Shown: piece by piece, positions 26,359-38,269 of the stretch | How the letters are laid out: each line of letters opens with the position of its first letter | How positions within the stretch are numbered: position 1 is the first letter of the stretch | Origin: Octopus sinensis | Lineage: Eukaryota | DNA length: 64,000 nucleotides | NCBI RefSeq assembly: GCF_006345805.1 | Contig: NC_043005.1 | Span: forward strand, 87,792,001-87,856,000 | Direction of reading: 5' to 3' | Made by a program: the position numbers and the translations under genes | The notes under the pieces: generated by a model | Seen by the model: only the letters and a program-made list of their open reading frames with translations | The model's database searches: none | Told to the model about the DNA's origin: nothing

Positions 26359-27162
26359 GTCATATCCATCGAGTTCGTCATCATCATTTTTATCGTCAAA
26401 TACAATAAGCATATAACTTGCATAACATCCATTACATCCATGTCCTACATCAGATTGGCTGCTCACCTTGAGGAACAATAAAACATCTGAGACTAGTTTT
26501 AAAGAACAGCTACAGGTAAACTACCAATTATTATTTACTTAAGTCCTTCGCCCTCAACGAAACGTAGGCCAGCGTCCTACTTTACTGTTCTCGGCATTAG
26601 GTTACTGTTATGTCCCTCCATTCCCAGATTTTATTGGTTTCAAATTCCTACCAATGTTTTTGTAATTATGCTTTCGCTTCGGCCCCAGAGAAACTCATTT
26701 TTACCTCTGCAAACAGATGGTCAATATTAAACTAGCTTCTATCCTTTTAATCTGTCCGGCGTGGGAAACTCTGTCAAGCGCTTGCACTCCGCTGGTATAG
26801 ACCTGAGAATCACTGAGGTGCAGAAGGAATCACACTGCATTGACGGTTGGACCTTTTGAACAACCTTTTTTGAAGAAGTCAGTAAAAGATGAAATCCATC
26901 GCTTACAAGATTTCCATCAGTGACAAAATGGATCTGAAATTAAACAACAATATTGGATACTGCAAACGGATTCTGTGGTTAAATTAACGCAAGATACTAG
27001 AAAATGTTTCAATGATGCCAATTCAACTTGGCAAAATCTATTGCGACGTAAAAAATTATGATCGGATACTTGACGAAAAATAACACCCTTTCGCCGTGAG
27101 TCTTCCTCAGGCATAAGATCAAGCAAGCAATACTGTTTGATATGCTCCGTACTGTGTTCGAG

Positions 27163-27243
27163 GACAAAGAACATTCAATGACACAGAACACTCGAGAACA
27201 CAGAATATTCAAGGACACAGAACATTCGAGAACACAGAACATC
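27163..27243. repeat. 17-bp minisatellite, ~5 copies with alternating variants
   Basis: GACAAAGAACATTCAAT / GACACAGAACACTCGAG / AACACAGAATATTCAAG / GACACAGAACATTCGAG / AACACAGAACATC. Confidence 0.85.
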
Positions 27244-27353
27244 CTTTACTCTTTCTAGTTTTTTCCTTGATTGAATCTCTAAAAATTATTCGAGCAAGAA
27301 GACAGTGTCTTTTCTTCGTTTAAGTTTCCACAGTAATATTTGGGTCTCTGTTA

Positions 27354-27525
27354 AGGTGGTGAGCTGGCAGAGTCGTTAGCACCCCGGAACAAATGCTTTG
27401 CGTCATTTCGTCCATCTCTGCGTTCTGATTTCAAATACCGCCGATAAAATATGTAACATTTGAACACTAGGGTCGATGTGATCGACTGATACCGACGCAG
27501 CCCCACTAAATTGCTGAAGGTCTAT
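27354..27525 (+). mobile_element. diverged S1 SINE
   Basis: GGTGGTGAGCTGGCAGAGTCGTTAGCACCCCGG...GGGTCGATGTGATCGACT...AAATTGCTG. Confidence 0.7.
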
Positions 27526-28088
27526 GTTCTGATCATATATTAAAATCTGGGGAAAAACGCTCCTATTTGAGATCAGGCTCAGCAACGTTTGAGTTTTTGT
27601 ATGAGAGTCAGTCTTGCGTCGTGGATGATGTCTTTGTTTCTGATGTCAGAATTTTGAATTTTATTTAGAAGCAACTCTAAAATGTAACGCTTATCGATAT
27701 CTCATAAGTGTGTGACATCGATTATGTCTGCATTTTCAGTTTCTTAATCATATATGTTCCACTGTGAAGTACTTTTGATTGTGATTTTACTGTTTTGCGT
27801 TTGCAACAATGTATACTTTCGGTGGTGCTGCCTAGTTGACTTCAATTTGTCGTGAATCTATTTGAAATCAACGTTCGAGATCTTTGATAAAATCCTATTA
27901 ATATGTTGTTTTTTATAATATCGATCAAATAAAAAATTATTTGACTCTAACAAATATTTTACATGTATTGACACAAACATATAAAAATTATATTTATTCA
28001 CGAAACGTTTCTTTCGTGACATTTTAAATAAGATTTTGTTTATCCAAAAGCCAATCTCAGGAGCAAAAGGTTATAGTCGTACAAACCG

Positions 28089-28140
<52 letters not shown>

Positions 28141-28141
<1 letters not shown>

Positions 28142-29090
28142 TCTTTACTGGCCACCAACGTCGAACACAAAACATGAAGGACGATACACAGACGAGGGGC
28201 AATGGGGTTAAACGTGTAAATAGCAAAAAACACAATTAACAAGGAGATTAAACCAACAATATACTTCCCTAATAAGGTGGAGGTTCACCAAGAGGTGACC
28301 AAAAAAATCTCACGCACTTTGGATCTGCTACGACCAAAGACACCTCAGGTACGCACCCCTATCCTTCTCATTCCATCCAGCCTACAGGCGCACAAATAGA
28401 GTAGGCCCATTCACACGTGCCATTCTTGCTACATTCACTCACCTTTCAAAAAGATTACTCGGTAACAGCACCTCACTCTCCAGCATCACTTTCCTTTTAA
28501 AGTGGAATCAACAGGGCCTTGGAAGAGGAGAAAGGTACCCTCTTCAACCCTATAAATCGCATCCACGACACAATCTCTTTCGCCATAGCCACCAGAGAGA
28601 GAAAAGCTGCCCGTCCTTCACGGCCAAAGGAAGGAAGTGGGGCGATCCTCACGATGGACGCGGACGATAGCGGCATCCGTCCTACATGTCACAATAACTA
28701 TTCGACAAAGCTCCACAAATAAGTAATGCCTGGACACTGTACGAGAGCATGCAGAACGGTTTCATTGCTCTGCGTGCATCTCGGACAAGCCCGTCTGACT
28801 GCACACCCGTGCCTGTACAGCTGATCACGAACTGGCAGAACCCTCCGGTAGCACTGCCAGGCCAGGGATTTCTGGAAGTTATCCATAGGCCTCGTTCCGA
28901 AAGTCTTCCGGAAGAGACCAGCAAGTTGATCCCTCTCGAAGCCCAGGACCTCTCCAAAACTATCGTTACTCTTGCCCTCCATTAATCCCATATAGAACTC
29001 CAAGGTGGTTTTTCCACTGACCGTATTGCCCGACAAACCGAGGGCTGTGAACGCTTGGGGACACTCTAGGTACCGAACGCCCTATCTCAG
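28141..29090 (-). mobile_element. Tx1/L1-clade LINE 3' fragment (subfamily T1) in an (AAT)n tract
   Basis: MDNFQKSLAWQCYRRVLPVRDQLYRHG...CPRCTQSNETVLHALVQC (zf-RVT-type C-terminal knuckle); tail ...GGCCAGTAAAGAAA; (AAT)n on both flanks. Confidence 0.8.
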
Positions 29091-29118
29091 TCTATAATAA
29101 TAATTATAATAATAATAA

Positions 29119-29209
<91 letters not shown>

Positions 29210-29235
29210 AAGAAGAAGAAGAAGAAGAAGAAGAA

Positions 29236-29735
29236 GATTTTAGAATACAATGTGACATCGTAATCGAAGGTTGGAGTCCAGGTATTGAGGTAGATTAGGA
29301 GAAAAGAAAACACAAGGTCATAGACATTGCAACACTTGGAGATGCACGCGTAAGTGACAGAGAACTAGAAAAGATTGAAAAGTACAGATTACTAACAGAC
29401 GATATTGCAAGAATGTGGATTATGAGGAAGAGTGTCTGTCATTCTAGTAGTTGTCTGTCATTCGGAGTATTAACAACCAAGTTCGAGAAATGTGTCAAAG
29501 AAATCGCAATTGACATGAGAGCAGAGCAATCTCCAGAAACTGTCCTACTGAGGATAGCTAGGATTCTGAGATTGGTACATGGATGCTGAATATCCACCAC
29601 GATAATTACCAACCAAGTATCAAATCTTATCATGTGAGAAAAGAGACCCCGCAAAACCTCTGAAAACGGGCAGCTGTCCGCTCTCAAAGAATCTACCAGA
29701 ACAAACAAGACGGAGCGCTCTGAGAAGTTAAACAC
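29236..29735 (+). mobile_element. R4-like RLE retrotransposon 3' end, family C, heavily 5'-truncated
   Basis: DFRIQCDIVIE...VIDIATLGDARVSDRELEKIEKYRLL...LLRIARILRLVHGC* (29236-29589); 3' UTR followed by (GAT)n; 5' junction in (AAT)n(AAG)n. Confidence 0.75.
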
Positions 29736-29755
29736 TGATGATGATGATGATATTT

Positions 29756-29786
<31 letters not shown>

Positions 29787-30347
29787 GATGATGACGATGA
29801 TGACGATGACGATGACGATGACGATGATGATGATGATGATTTCTCTTATTGGTCACAAGAGCCCAAAACAAAGAAACAACATCTAAGGACGAGATAGAGC
29901 AGAGGATATAGCAAAGGAAATATAAATACAAGTTAGAGAAATAAATAATTAATAAATATATAAATAGAATGCTCAAAAGAAGAGAAGTCCACTCAGGGGA
30001 ATTTGAGATAAACCCCACGCAAAAATTCCAGTTTACTCTGCCATCCTCAATGCATGGCTAAATGTCATCCTCCAGTTTCTTTCCTTCTGCTTAGAAAAGC
30101 CTACTCAGAGACAATCCATCCAGCCTCACCAGCATTGCTACAGTTGTTCACTTTTTGATAAGTACACTAGAAACCCGCACCACCCTCTCTATCTTTAAAT
30201 TCCTAATCAAATGATATTTGAAAAAAACATTGATGAAAGCTAATAATAATAGTTACACAGTATATGCTTTTCCTGTTACAATCTCTTCCTCTACCGCTCT
30301 CCCTCTCTCTCTCTCTCTCCTCTCTCTCTCTCCTCTCTCTCTCTCCA

Positions 30348-31100
30348 GCAGACAAAACAATGAACGAAATTTTAAGCTCATACAAAATTATAAAAAGAAG
30401 AAAGCAACTGAAATCACTGAAAAAAATATTAACCAGCGCAAGACTATATGCACTAACAACAGAGCCAAAAGCGAAAAATGTGGACGTGCTAACTTCTGGA
30501 GGGTTCAGAATTTCACTTCAAACAAGGAGTAATATTTAAGATCAAATCAAATTTCACCTGCGCCTCAGAAAATCTAATCTATGTCATGACATGCATAGGA
30601 TGTGGTAAACGCTATATTGGACAAACGGGAATTTCACTCTGTCAAAGAACCACCAATCACAAGGAGCAAATCCGCCACCCACAATACAGACAGTTAAAGG
30701 TGAGTGAACACATAGAAAGGTATGCCAGGAATCTTAATCCCAATTTCCAAATCTTCCCCTTCTATCAATGTTCACAGAACACCACAATACAACAAAGGTT
30801 GAATAAAGAGGCATTTTTCATCCAAAAATATCTCCCCCAACAAAATATGGATACACAACTCAATACAGAACACCACGAACCCTTCAATTTAAACCACTAA
30901 CCCCTTTACACTCCCTACACCATTCACATTGCCTTATCCAGAATTATTTACCTCCCTTACAAATAATCCAGAACTATTTACCTCCCTTAGAAATAATATT
31001 TTTTCTCAGGATCTATTAGACCTGACGCCGTGTATTAGCCGGTGTTTTCAAAGCGATGAATAGTTTCTTGCTGAAACCATGGTTCGCTTTGTTCTCTTTC
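30348..31100 (+). mobile_element. Penelope-like element 3' part: GIY-YIG endonuclease relic and 3' region
   Basis: KCGRAN...FTCASENLIYVMTCIGCGKRYIGQTGISLCQRTTNHKEQIR...RLNKEAFFIQK (frameshifted); Cys-rich linker before the GIY-YIG; 5'-truncated at (CT)n. Confidence 0.88.
31049..31091 (+). ncRNA. degenerate hammerhead-like motif downstream of the PLE ORF
   Basis: Stem I CAAAGCG/CGCTTTG, core ATGAATA, GAAAC-CATG-GT-T with palindrome ACCATGGT; stem II does not pair. Confidence 0.3.
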
Positions 31101-31550
31101 TTTATTATCATCTTATAATCATCTCATAATAATGACTTTTATGACTCTTATGACTTCCTCAGTCCATCTAAATGTATATATTTGTCGTTACCTGTCATAA
31201 AAAGCCTTTTTTTACAATGTACATTTTCGTTGATTTTTCATATTTTACCCTTACATTTCCACGTGTATTTTGTATTTTTATATTTTCTATTTCTCTTTTA
31301 TAACATATATTTCTACTAATATATATATATATTATATATATATATATAATACATAAATGTATATATATATAATATATGTAATATATATATATATAATAAT
31401 AGTTATCGCCATACTAATAGGCCATTCTAAAAAATAAGAAAAAAAAAGCTGTCGCTTATTAGCTCCATGAGGCCATCGCCTTAAGTTAGCTATTTGATAC
31501 ACAAACTGTATCCATATATCCTTCGAACAAGGGAGGTCAGTCGCTCCACA

Positions 31551-31621
31551 CTACTTGACCGGCAGCTACAGACGCGTTTCGGGGTATTGCCCCTTTTCAA
31601 TGCAGCGTAGCCAGCCAGTAG
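31551..31621 (-). ncRNA. type I hammerhead ribozyme, U3:A8 variant (inverted copy)
   Basis: Same motif on the minus strand; proximal stem I fully paired (GCTGCA/TGTAGC); one extra A in the distal stem. Confidence 0.75.
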
Positions 31622-31920
31622 GTGTCGCTTCCGACAATCTCTGTTCGATGGTTTTATTTATCTAGTTTCGGTGGAATACATCCACTTGTTTTCAATAATA
31701 GAAATATTAAAATAACTAATAAAAGCGGACAGCTTTTTTCTTATTTTTATAAGAATGCCATATTAGTATGGCGATAACTATTATTTTCCGGGAACGCTGC
31801 CGCTGTTCTCTTTTAGAGAGACTTAGTTATTTTAATATTTCTATTATTGAAAACAAGTGGATGTATTCCACCGAAACTAGGTAAATAAAACCATCGAACA
31901 GAGATTGTCGGAAGCGACAC

Positions 31921-31990
31921 CTACTGGCTGGCTACGCTGCATTGAAAAGGGGCAATACCCCGAAACGCGTCTGTATCTGCCGGTCAGTAG
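31921..31990 (+). ncRNA. type I hammerhead ribozyme, U3:A8 core variant
   Basis: TTGAAAA, GGGG-CAATA-CCCC, GAAAC-GC-GTC (palindrome ACGCGT, cleavage after 31971); stem I GCTGCA/TGTATC (one mismatch) extended by CTACTGGCTGGC/GCCGGTCAGTAG (12 bp with wobbles). Confidence 0.75.
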
Positions 31991-32300
31991 TGTGGAGCGA
32001 CTGACCTCCCTTGTTCGAAGGTTATATGGATACAGTTTGTGTATCAAATAGCTAACTTAAGGCGATGGCCTCATGGAGCTAATAAGGCGGACAGCTTTTT
32101 TCTTATTTTTATAAGAATGCCATATTAGTATGGCGATAACTATTTTTTCGGGACCTGGTCCGCTGTTCTCTTTTAGAAGACTTAGTTATTTTAATATTTC
32201 TATTATATAGATAATATATATTATATATATCTATAATATAATATAGATATATATTATATATATATATTCTATATATATATATATATATACATACCCGAAT

Positions 32301-32890
32301 CAAAAGTGTGGCCTCATTAGCAATTAGAAACAAATGGCAAAATTAATAGAGGTCACAAAAGTGACAGAGGGTGCTTACTAGCACCGCCTTTCCTAAAGGT
32401 AAGTGTTGAATTAACTTCAACGCCATAAAACCACCATACTTAATGACTGACAAAGGTAGGTAAATCTCTAGCGTATAAAGCCGTATCACGATTTCAAATT
32501 TTCGTGTCTTTGGAGTTAATTTAACTTTTGTTTTAGCATAAACGGTGCTAGTCAGCACCCTCCGTCCCTTTTGTGACCCCTGTTAATTTTTGCCTTTAGG
32601 TTCTAATTGCTAATAAACCCCACTTTTTATTTTTGTTTTATGCCGATTTGAATATATGCTCATGTTTTCAACGGTTTTTCTTATAAGGTTGACAAATGAA
32701 GTTGAGTTTAAACCTAAACGTTAAGAGTCGCTCATCAGAATTGAGGTGGTCTAAATTGCGATACGGCTCTATACGCTAGGGACTTACCTTCCTTTATCTG
32801 TAAATATAATGCCTTAGTGGCTTTGGAGTTAATTTGACTCATATTTTAGCAAAAGCGTTGTTAGTCAGCACCTTCCATCACATTTGTGAT
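32301..32890. mobile_element. MITE/fold-back-like composite with imperfect ~85-bp inverted repeats
   Basis: 32301-32387 is the reverse complement of ~32543-32628; further inverted and direct copies of internal segments at ~32755-32885. Confidence 0.6.
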
Positions 32891-32907
32891 ATATCTCCAC
32901 ACACACA

Positions 32908-32952
<45 letters not shown>

Positions 32953-33936
32953 ATATATATATATATATATACCATATACATATATATACATATATATACA
33001 TATCTATATTTTGTAAATGGCAGATGTTTACGCGTACGCTCATGAGCGCAAACTGCCTGAGGGAGTATGCATGTCGATTTAATTGGCTTCCATAGGATCC
33101 ATGAATATTATAAATAATATTTAATAATATCCTATGAATATGGTGAGATGGTCTCATAAAAATACATGTCATGCCGAAACATATGTAGGAATGCATTAAT
33201 AAAACTCTTGAACGTGACATGCATCATATTTCACTGGTTGAAATTATGGCTTTAATAGATTAACTCAGATGTGTCTAAGTGTAAACAACCGCCACCGTTA
33301 AGTAGTGCTTTTGATACGCGACCAGTAAGTATGAGTTTATTTGGCTATGCATTAATTGGAGGTCTGTTAGATATTACAGCAAACGGTTGATTCCGCACGA
33401 CAGACAGCTACTTTGTAAAAAAAAAACCTTGATATTATAGCCAGATTGCGGTATCTTAGACATGCTTTTCAATGCAAAGATCCGTTATGGAGGGGTCGTT
33501 TTAAAAAGAAGTTTATGTATGGATCCAGTCCACAATCAGAACACAAACTATTATTTCGAATTAGGCAACATCGCCTTTACACAAATTTTAGCCTTTCGAT
33601 GTGTAAGGTATTAATGTTATTCACTATTGGCTGGACGAGAATGTTATTCAATTTGCAGCCCACGTTTTTTGCATTGCTTTAGCAACTGTTGAAATGGGGC
33701 CACCAGGCTATTAGTCCAAGATGCAATTACCGTGGATGTGGCACTGCCCAGATAAGATTTTATGATGACTGTTTTGCCACATCGGTCTCAGATCATGTGG
33801 CTGGCTAGATACATACAACTCTGAAACGCAAAACCGCGCGCGAGCACGCACACGAACTCACACACACACACACACACCTACACGCATAAACAGAGAAATA
33901 TAGTAATCAGAAAGGTATATATATATATATGTGTGT

Positions 33937-33987
<51 letters not shown>

Positions 33988-34539
33988 GTGTGCGTGTGTG
34001 TGCGTAAAGAGAAGGAGATAGAGGGAGAGACAGAAATAGATAGACAGACAGGTAAAAGGATAGATGGATACATAGATCTTGATGCATGTGTTCGAGACAC
34101 GGACGTGTGAATTTATGATTTTTTATATCTGTTTAACACCGGTAAAATATGTTGTGTGTTTTGGAGGGTGTAACGTTCTATATATTGCCAGCGTTTCTTT
34201 ATATGGACATAGAAATAGGGTTGGTGAAATTGAATCATGGGAAAGCAGAAGCAGGAAAAGAAACAGTGAACTGGAGAGGAAGTAGAGATCTAAGTATATA
34301 TCTATATAGATTTTTACGTTGTTAGAAAGAGAGGGGGGAAAGGGAGAGAAAGAGAAAGAAAGAGTGAGGAAGAGAAACAGAGAGAGGGAGTGAGCGAGGG
34401 GTAGAGAAACTCAGGCAGATAGAGAGAGAGATATATAGAGAGACAGAGAGATAGATAGATAGATTATACATACATACATACATACATACATACATACATA
34501 GAAAGATAGGTAGACAGATAGATAGATAGATAGATAGAC

Positions 34540-34692
<153 letters not shown>

Positions 34693-35928
34693 TGTTTCTT
34701 TATTAGCCACACAGGGCTGCACACAGATAGAACAAATTACAAGGTAGAGCTTTTCTTTTGAAGGTTTAAAAAAAAAAATAAAAAATAAAAAAAAAAAAAA
34801 ATAAAAAATAAGAAAAAAAAAATAAAATAAAATAAAATAAAATAAAAAGGGGGGGGTCGATCAAAAGGGATCGTAAAAGGAGAAAAAGGACAAAAAAAAA
34901 AAAAAAAAGGGGGGTTAAAAAAAAAGGGGGAGAGGAAAAAATTGATCAATAGGGATCGTTATCACAGAAATGTCAATATGAATGTAAAGGGGGGACAGGT
35001 GAGGTTTACCCGTGGAAAGAAAAGCCTACGGAAAAGACCACGGTAACCTCGGTCAATGAAGTCACATGTTATATTTCTTTTTTTTTTTTTTTTTTTTTTT
35101 TGCAAATAAGCAACTCTCTGTATTATTTTTACGGTTCATAGAATCATAGTCAAGGTGGCTTCGTCATTCATACGTGCCATCCTTGCTACATTCACCCATC
35201 TTTTTTTAAAACATTCACTAGACAAACTTGCCTCTCTACTCTCACTTTTTTCTTAAGTGATACTTGAAGAAGTTGATGAGAGATTGACCAGAGAGGAAAG
35301 TTTGTCTCTAATCCTTTCAGACGCGTCCACCATACATTCTTTCGCCATAGCCACAAGTATGATAAAAATAGCTCTTCCTTCCCGTTTGAAGGAAGGAGGC
35401 GTGACGATATTACGATAGACTCGGCTGATAAACCGACACGTCCCACACGTGACAGCAGTCGTTCGACATAAGCCCACAGGTGGGAAATTGCTGGACACTG
35501 CACGATTGCGTGCAGAGCGGTTTCGTCGCTCTGCCCGCATCTCGGGCAGGTCGGCCCCGTGTTTCTCGAGCCATGCCTATAGAGCTTATCCCGAACGGGT
35601 AGCGCTTCTCGGTAGCACCGCCAGGCCAGGGATCTCTGGAAGTTGTCCATGGGTCCCGGGCCGAAAGTCGTTTGAAACAGGCGGGTCAGGTATTCCTCGT
35701 CGACGCCCAGGTTTGCCCCGAGCTCGTCGTCGTACCTCCCCTCCACTAATCCCCTATAGAATGCTTTGGTTGTGTTGAAGTCACTCAAGGTCGACCCGGG
35801 ACGGCAGAGTTGCTTGAGAGCAACGCGACACTCGCGGTGCCCACGCCCTTCTTCGGCCTCTTTTTGATCCACGACTGTAGTTCGGTCATGGAGACGAGTT
35901 GCGGGAATGCGTGCCTCACAAACGGCGA
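34693..35928 (-). mobile_element. Tx1/L1-clade LINE 3' fragment (subfamily T2) in a (GATA)/(GACA)n tract
   Basis: 226-aa ORF with CPRCGQSDETALHAIVQC, continuing after frameshifts to KRWVNVARMARMNDEATLTMIL*; long 3' UTR ending GGCTAATAAAGAAA; (GATA)n left, degenerate (GACA)n right. Confidence 0.85.
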
Positions 35929-36567
35929 CAGACAGAAGGACGGACAGACAGACGGATAGTCAGACAGACAGATAGTCAGAGAGGGGAAAGGAAAGAGGCG
36001 AAGGATAAAATAATCCCAAAATAAGTGACAGAATGGAAAGAGCATGTAAATGTATTAGACTGTTGGGAAGCAAATAACAACCTCAAATAGATAGAAATAA
36101 ATAGAAGAGTACAAGAGGAGAAGAAATGGTAAAATAAAAGAGAGCAGAGGGGGAGGAGACAGAGAGAAGAAAGATGAAGAATGAATAAATATAAAAAGAT
36201 CAGAGTATCAAGTTGATAACAATCAGCAATTACTTCTTTCATTTCATCATTTTTTTTGTCTCTTTGAAAAAAAGATTATATAACAAAGAATAGCAAAAGC
36301 AGTTTATATACTCATATATATATATGTGTGTGTGTATGTGTGTGTGTAAGTGTGTGATTTTGTACATTTATATATATATATGTGCGTGTGTATGTGTGTG
36401 TGTGTATGTATGTATGTATGTATGTATGTATGTATGTATGTATGCATATAAGCACACATATATATATGTATATACACATATCTCTCTGTATAATATATAT
36501 ACATATATATATATATACATATATATATATTTACATTTATATATATATATATAATATATTATATATA

Positions 36568-36639
<72 letters not shown>

Positions 36640-37167
36640 TATGGAAAGAAAACGCAGAAAAATGTCTATATGCTTTGTTTATATTTGTCTCTGTATTAGT
36701 TGTTTATTTATTTTCAGAAAATAAACTAACTTCTGAATCAGAATTTCTAGACAGATGTGATAAAATATATTTTAGTGAGAGACTGTGCGAATAAAATGGA
36801 ATATAAAAAAAAAAGAAGTGGAATGGATGTCTGGGTGAAGGAAGGAAGAATGACGGAAGGAAGAAGAGAAGGAAAGGAAGGAAGGAAATGAAGAAAAGTG
36901 CCGAAGAAAAAAGAAAGAGAAGTAAATAAAGATAATCTCATTCAAATCAGCAGTTTTTAGACGAGATATTGTCGTTTTTGTAAGTTTTACTAACTGTGTG
37001 TAAGAGTCGGAGTGTCTCTATCAGAGGCATGTTGTAAATCGGTTCTTCTCATCTTTTCTCGCAATATACTTCTACTTTATTGCCTCTCACACTACGTACA
37101 CCTAGCAATATGTCTGTATCCAAACTCACATATATACGTACATACATATATATAGATAGATATAGAT

Positions 37168-37215
<48 letters not shown>

Positions 37216-37236
37216 GTAGATAGATAGATAGATGAT

Positions 37237-37275
<39 letters not shown>

Positions 37276-37309
37276 TAGATATATAGATAGATATAGATAT
37301 AGACATATA

Positions 37310-37401
<92 letters not shown>

Positions 37402-37454
37402 TATTTATATACATATATATATGCACATAACATGTATATACATGTATAAATATT

Positions 37455-37496
<42 letters not shown>

Positions 37497-37683
37497 TACA
37501 TATAAATACTTATCTGCACATACCGGTGTGCACATACAGGTGGCTTTGTATATAAAAAATGAATACATATATGTCTCTCTCTATATATCGCAGACACACA
37601 CATCCATATGCATATATTATATAGAGAGAGAGAGATAGAGGGGAAGATATATATATATACATATATATATATTATATATATAT

Positions 37684-37714
<31 letters not shown>

Positions 37715-38220
37715 GAGAGAAGAGAGAGAGAGAATTGCAAATTAACGTTAATACTTTCTTACAGTGTCGAACACTGACATGCCAATTGGTGTTTTATCGA
37801 AAGAGAATAACGTACCCTTTAAGATGAATGAGTGTGTGCCACATTCGTTGCATCGATAAACCCATTTGCATCGAATCTGAGCGATCGTTTTAAGGAAACA
37901 TATGCAAGACATTGTTCAACAATGCTTCCTTCACGACCTTACACGTTCCTCCTCTAACATGCTTTGTGGTTCGTACCTGATGAATGTGCGCAGATGTTAC
38001 ACATGATATAATTCATTATCTGGCATGTACTCAGCGCAAGAAACTAGCAGTAGCTCATTTGTGCTTGTGTTTATCAAATAATATTTATCTCACCGGACGG
38101 AGTACTTTTTGTTGATCTTACCATCGCGGAACAGTATATTATATATAATATAAGAAGGACTCGACAGACTTCAATCCATATTTACACATTTGAGCAATTA
38201 CATTACACACACACACCCAT

Positions 38221-38269
<49 letters not shown>

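Larger units (their letters stand above)
31396..32205. mobile_element. non-coding hammerhead-bearing repeat: inverted arm (31396-31717) plus ~1.3 tandem + strand units of ~362 bp
   Basis: GCGGACAGC recurs at 31725 and 32087; left arm is the reverse complement of ~31825-32143; (TA)n flanks. Confidence 0.88.

Noticed and set aside
27163-27243. CRISPR-like short repeat array
   Set aside because: Contiguous 17-bp units without unique spacers in a eukaryotic context; a minisatellite
33400-33760. Faint Tc1/IS630-like peptide traces on the minus strand (STVAKAMQK, FVKAML)
   Set aside because: Multiple stops, no catalytic motif or TIRs; too weak to call
37976-38035. CTGATGA-ATGTG...CACAT-GATA hammerhead-like motif
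   Set aside because: GAAA is mutated and stems I and III are not convincing
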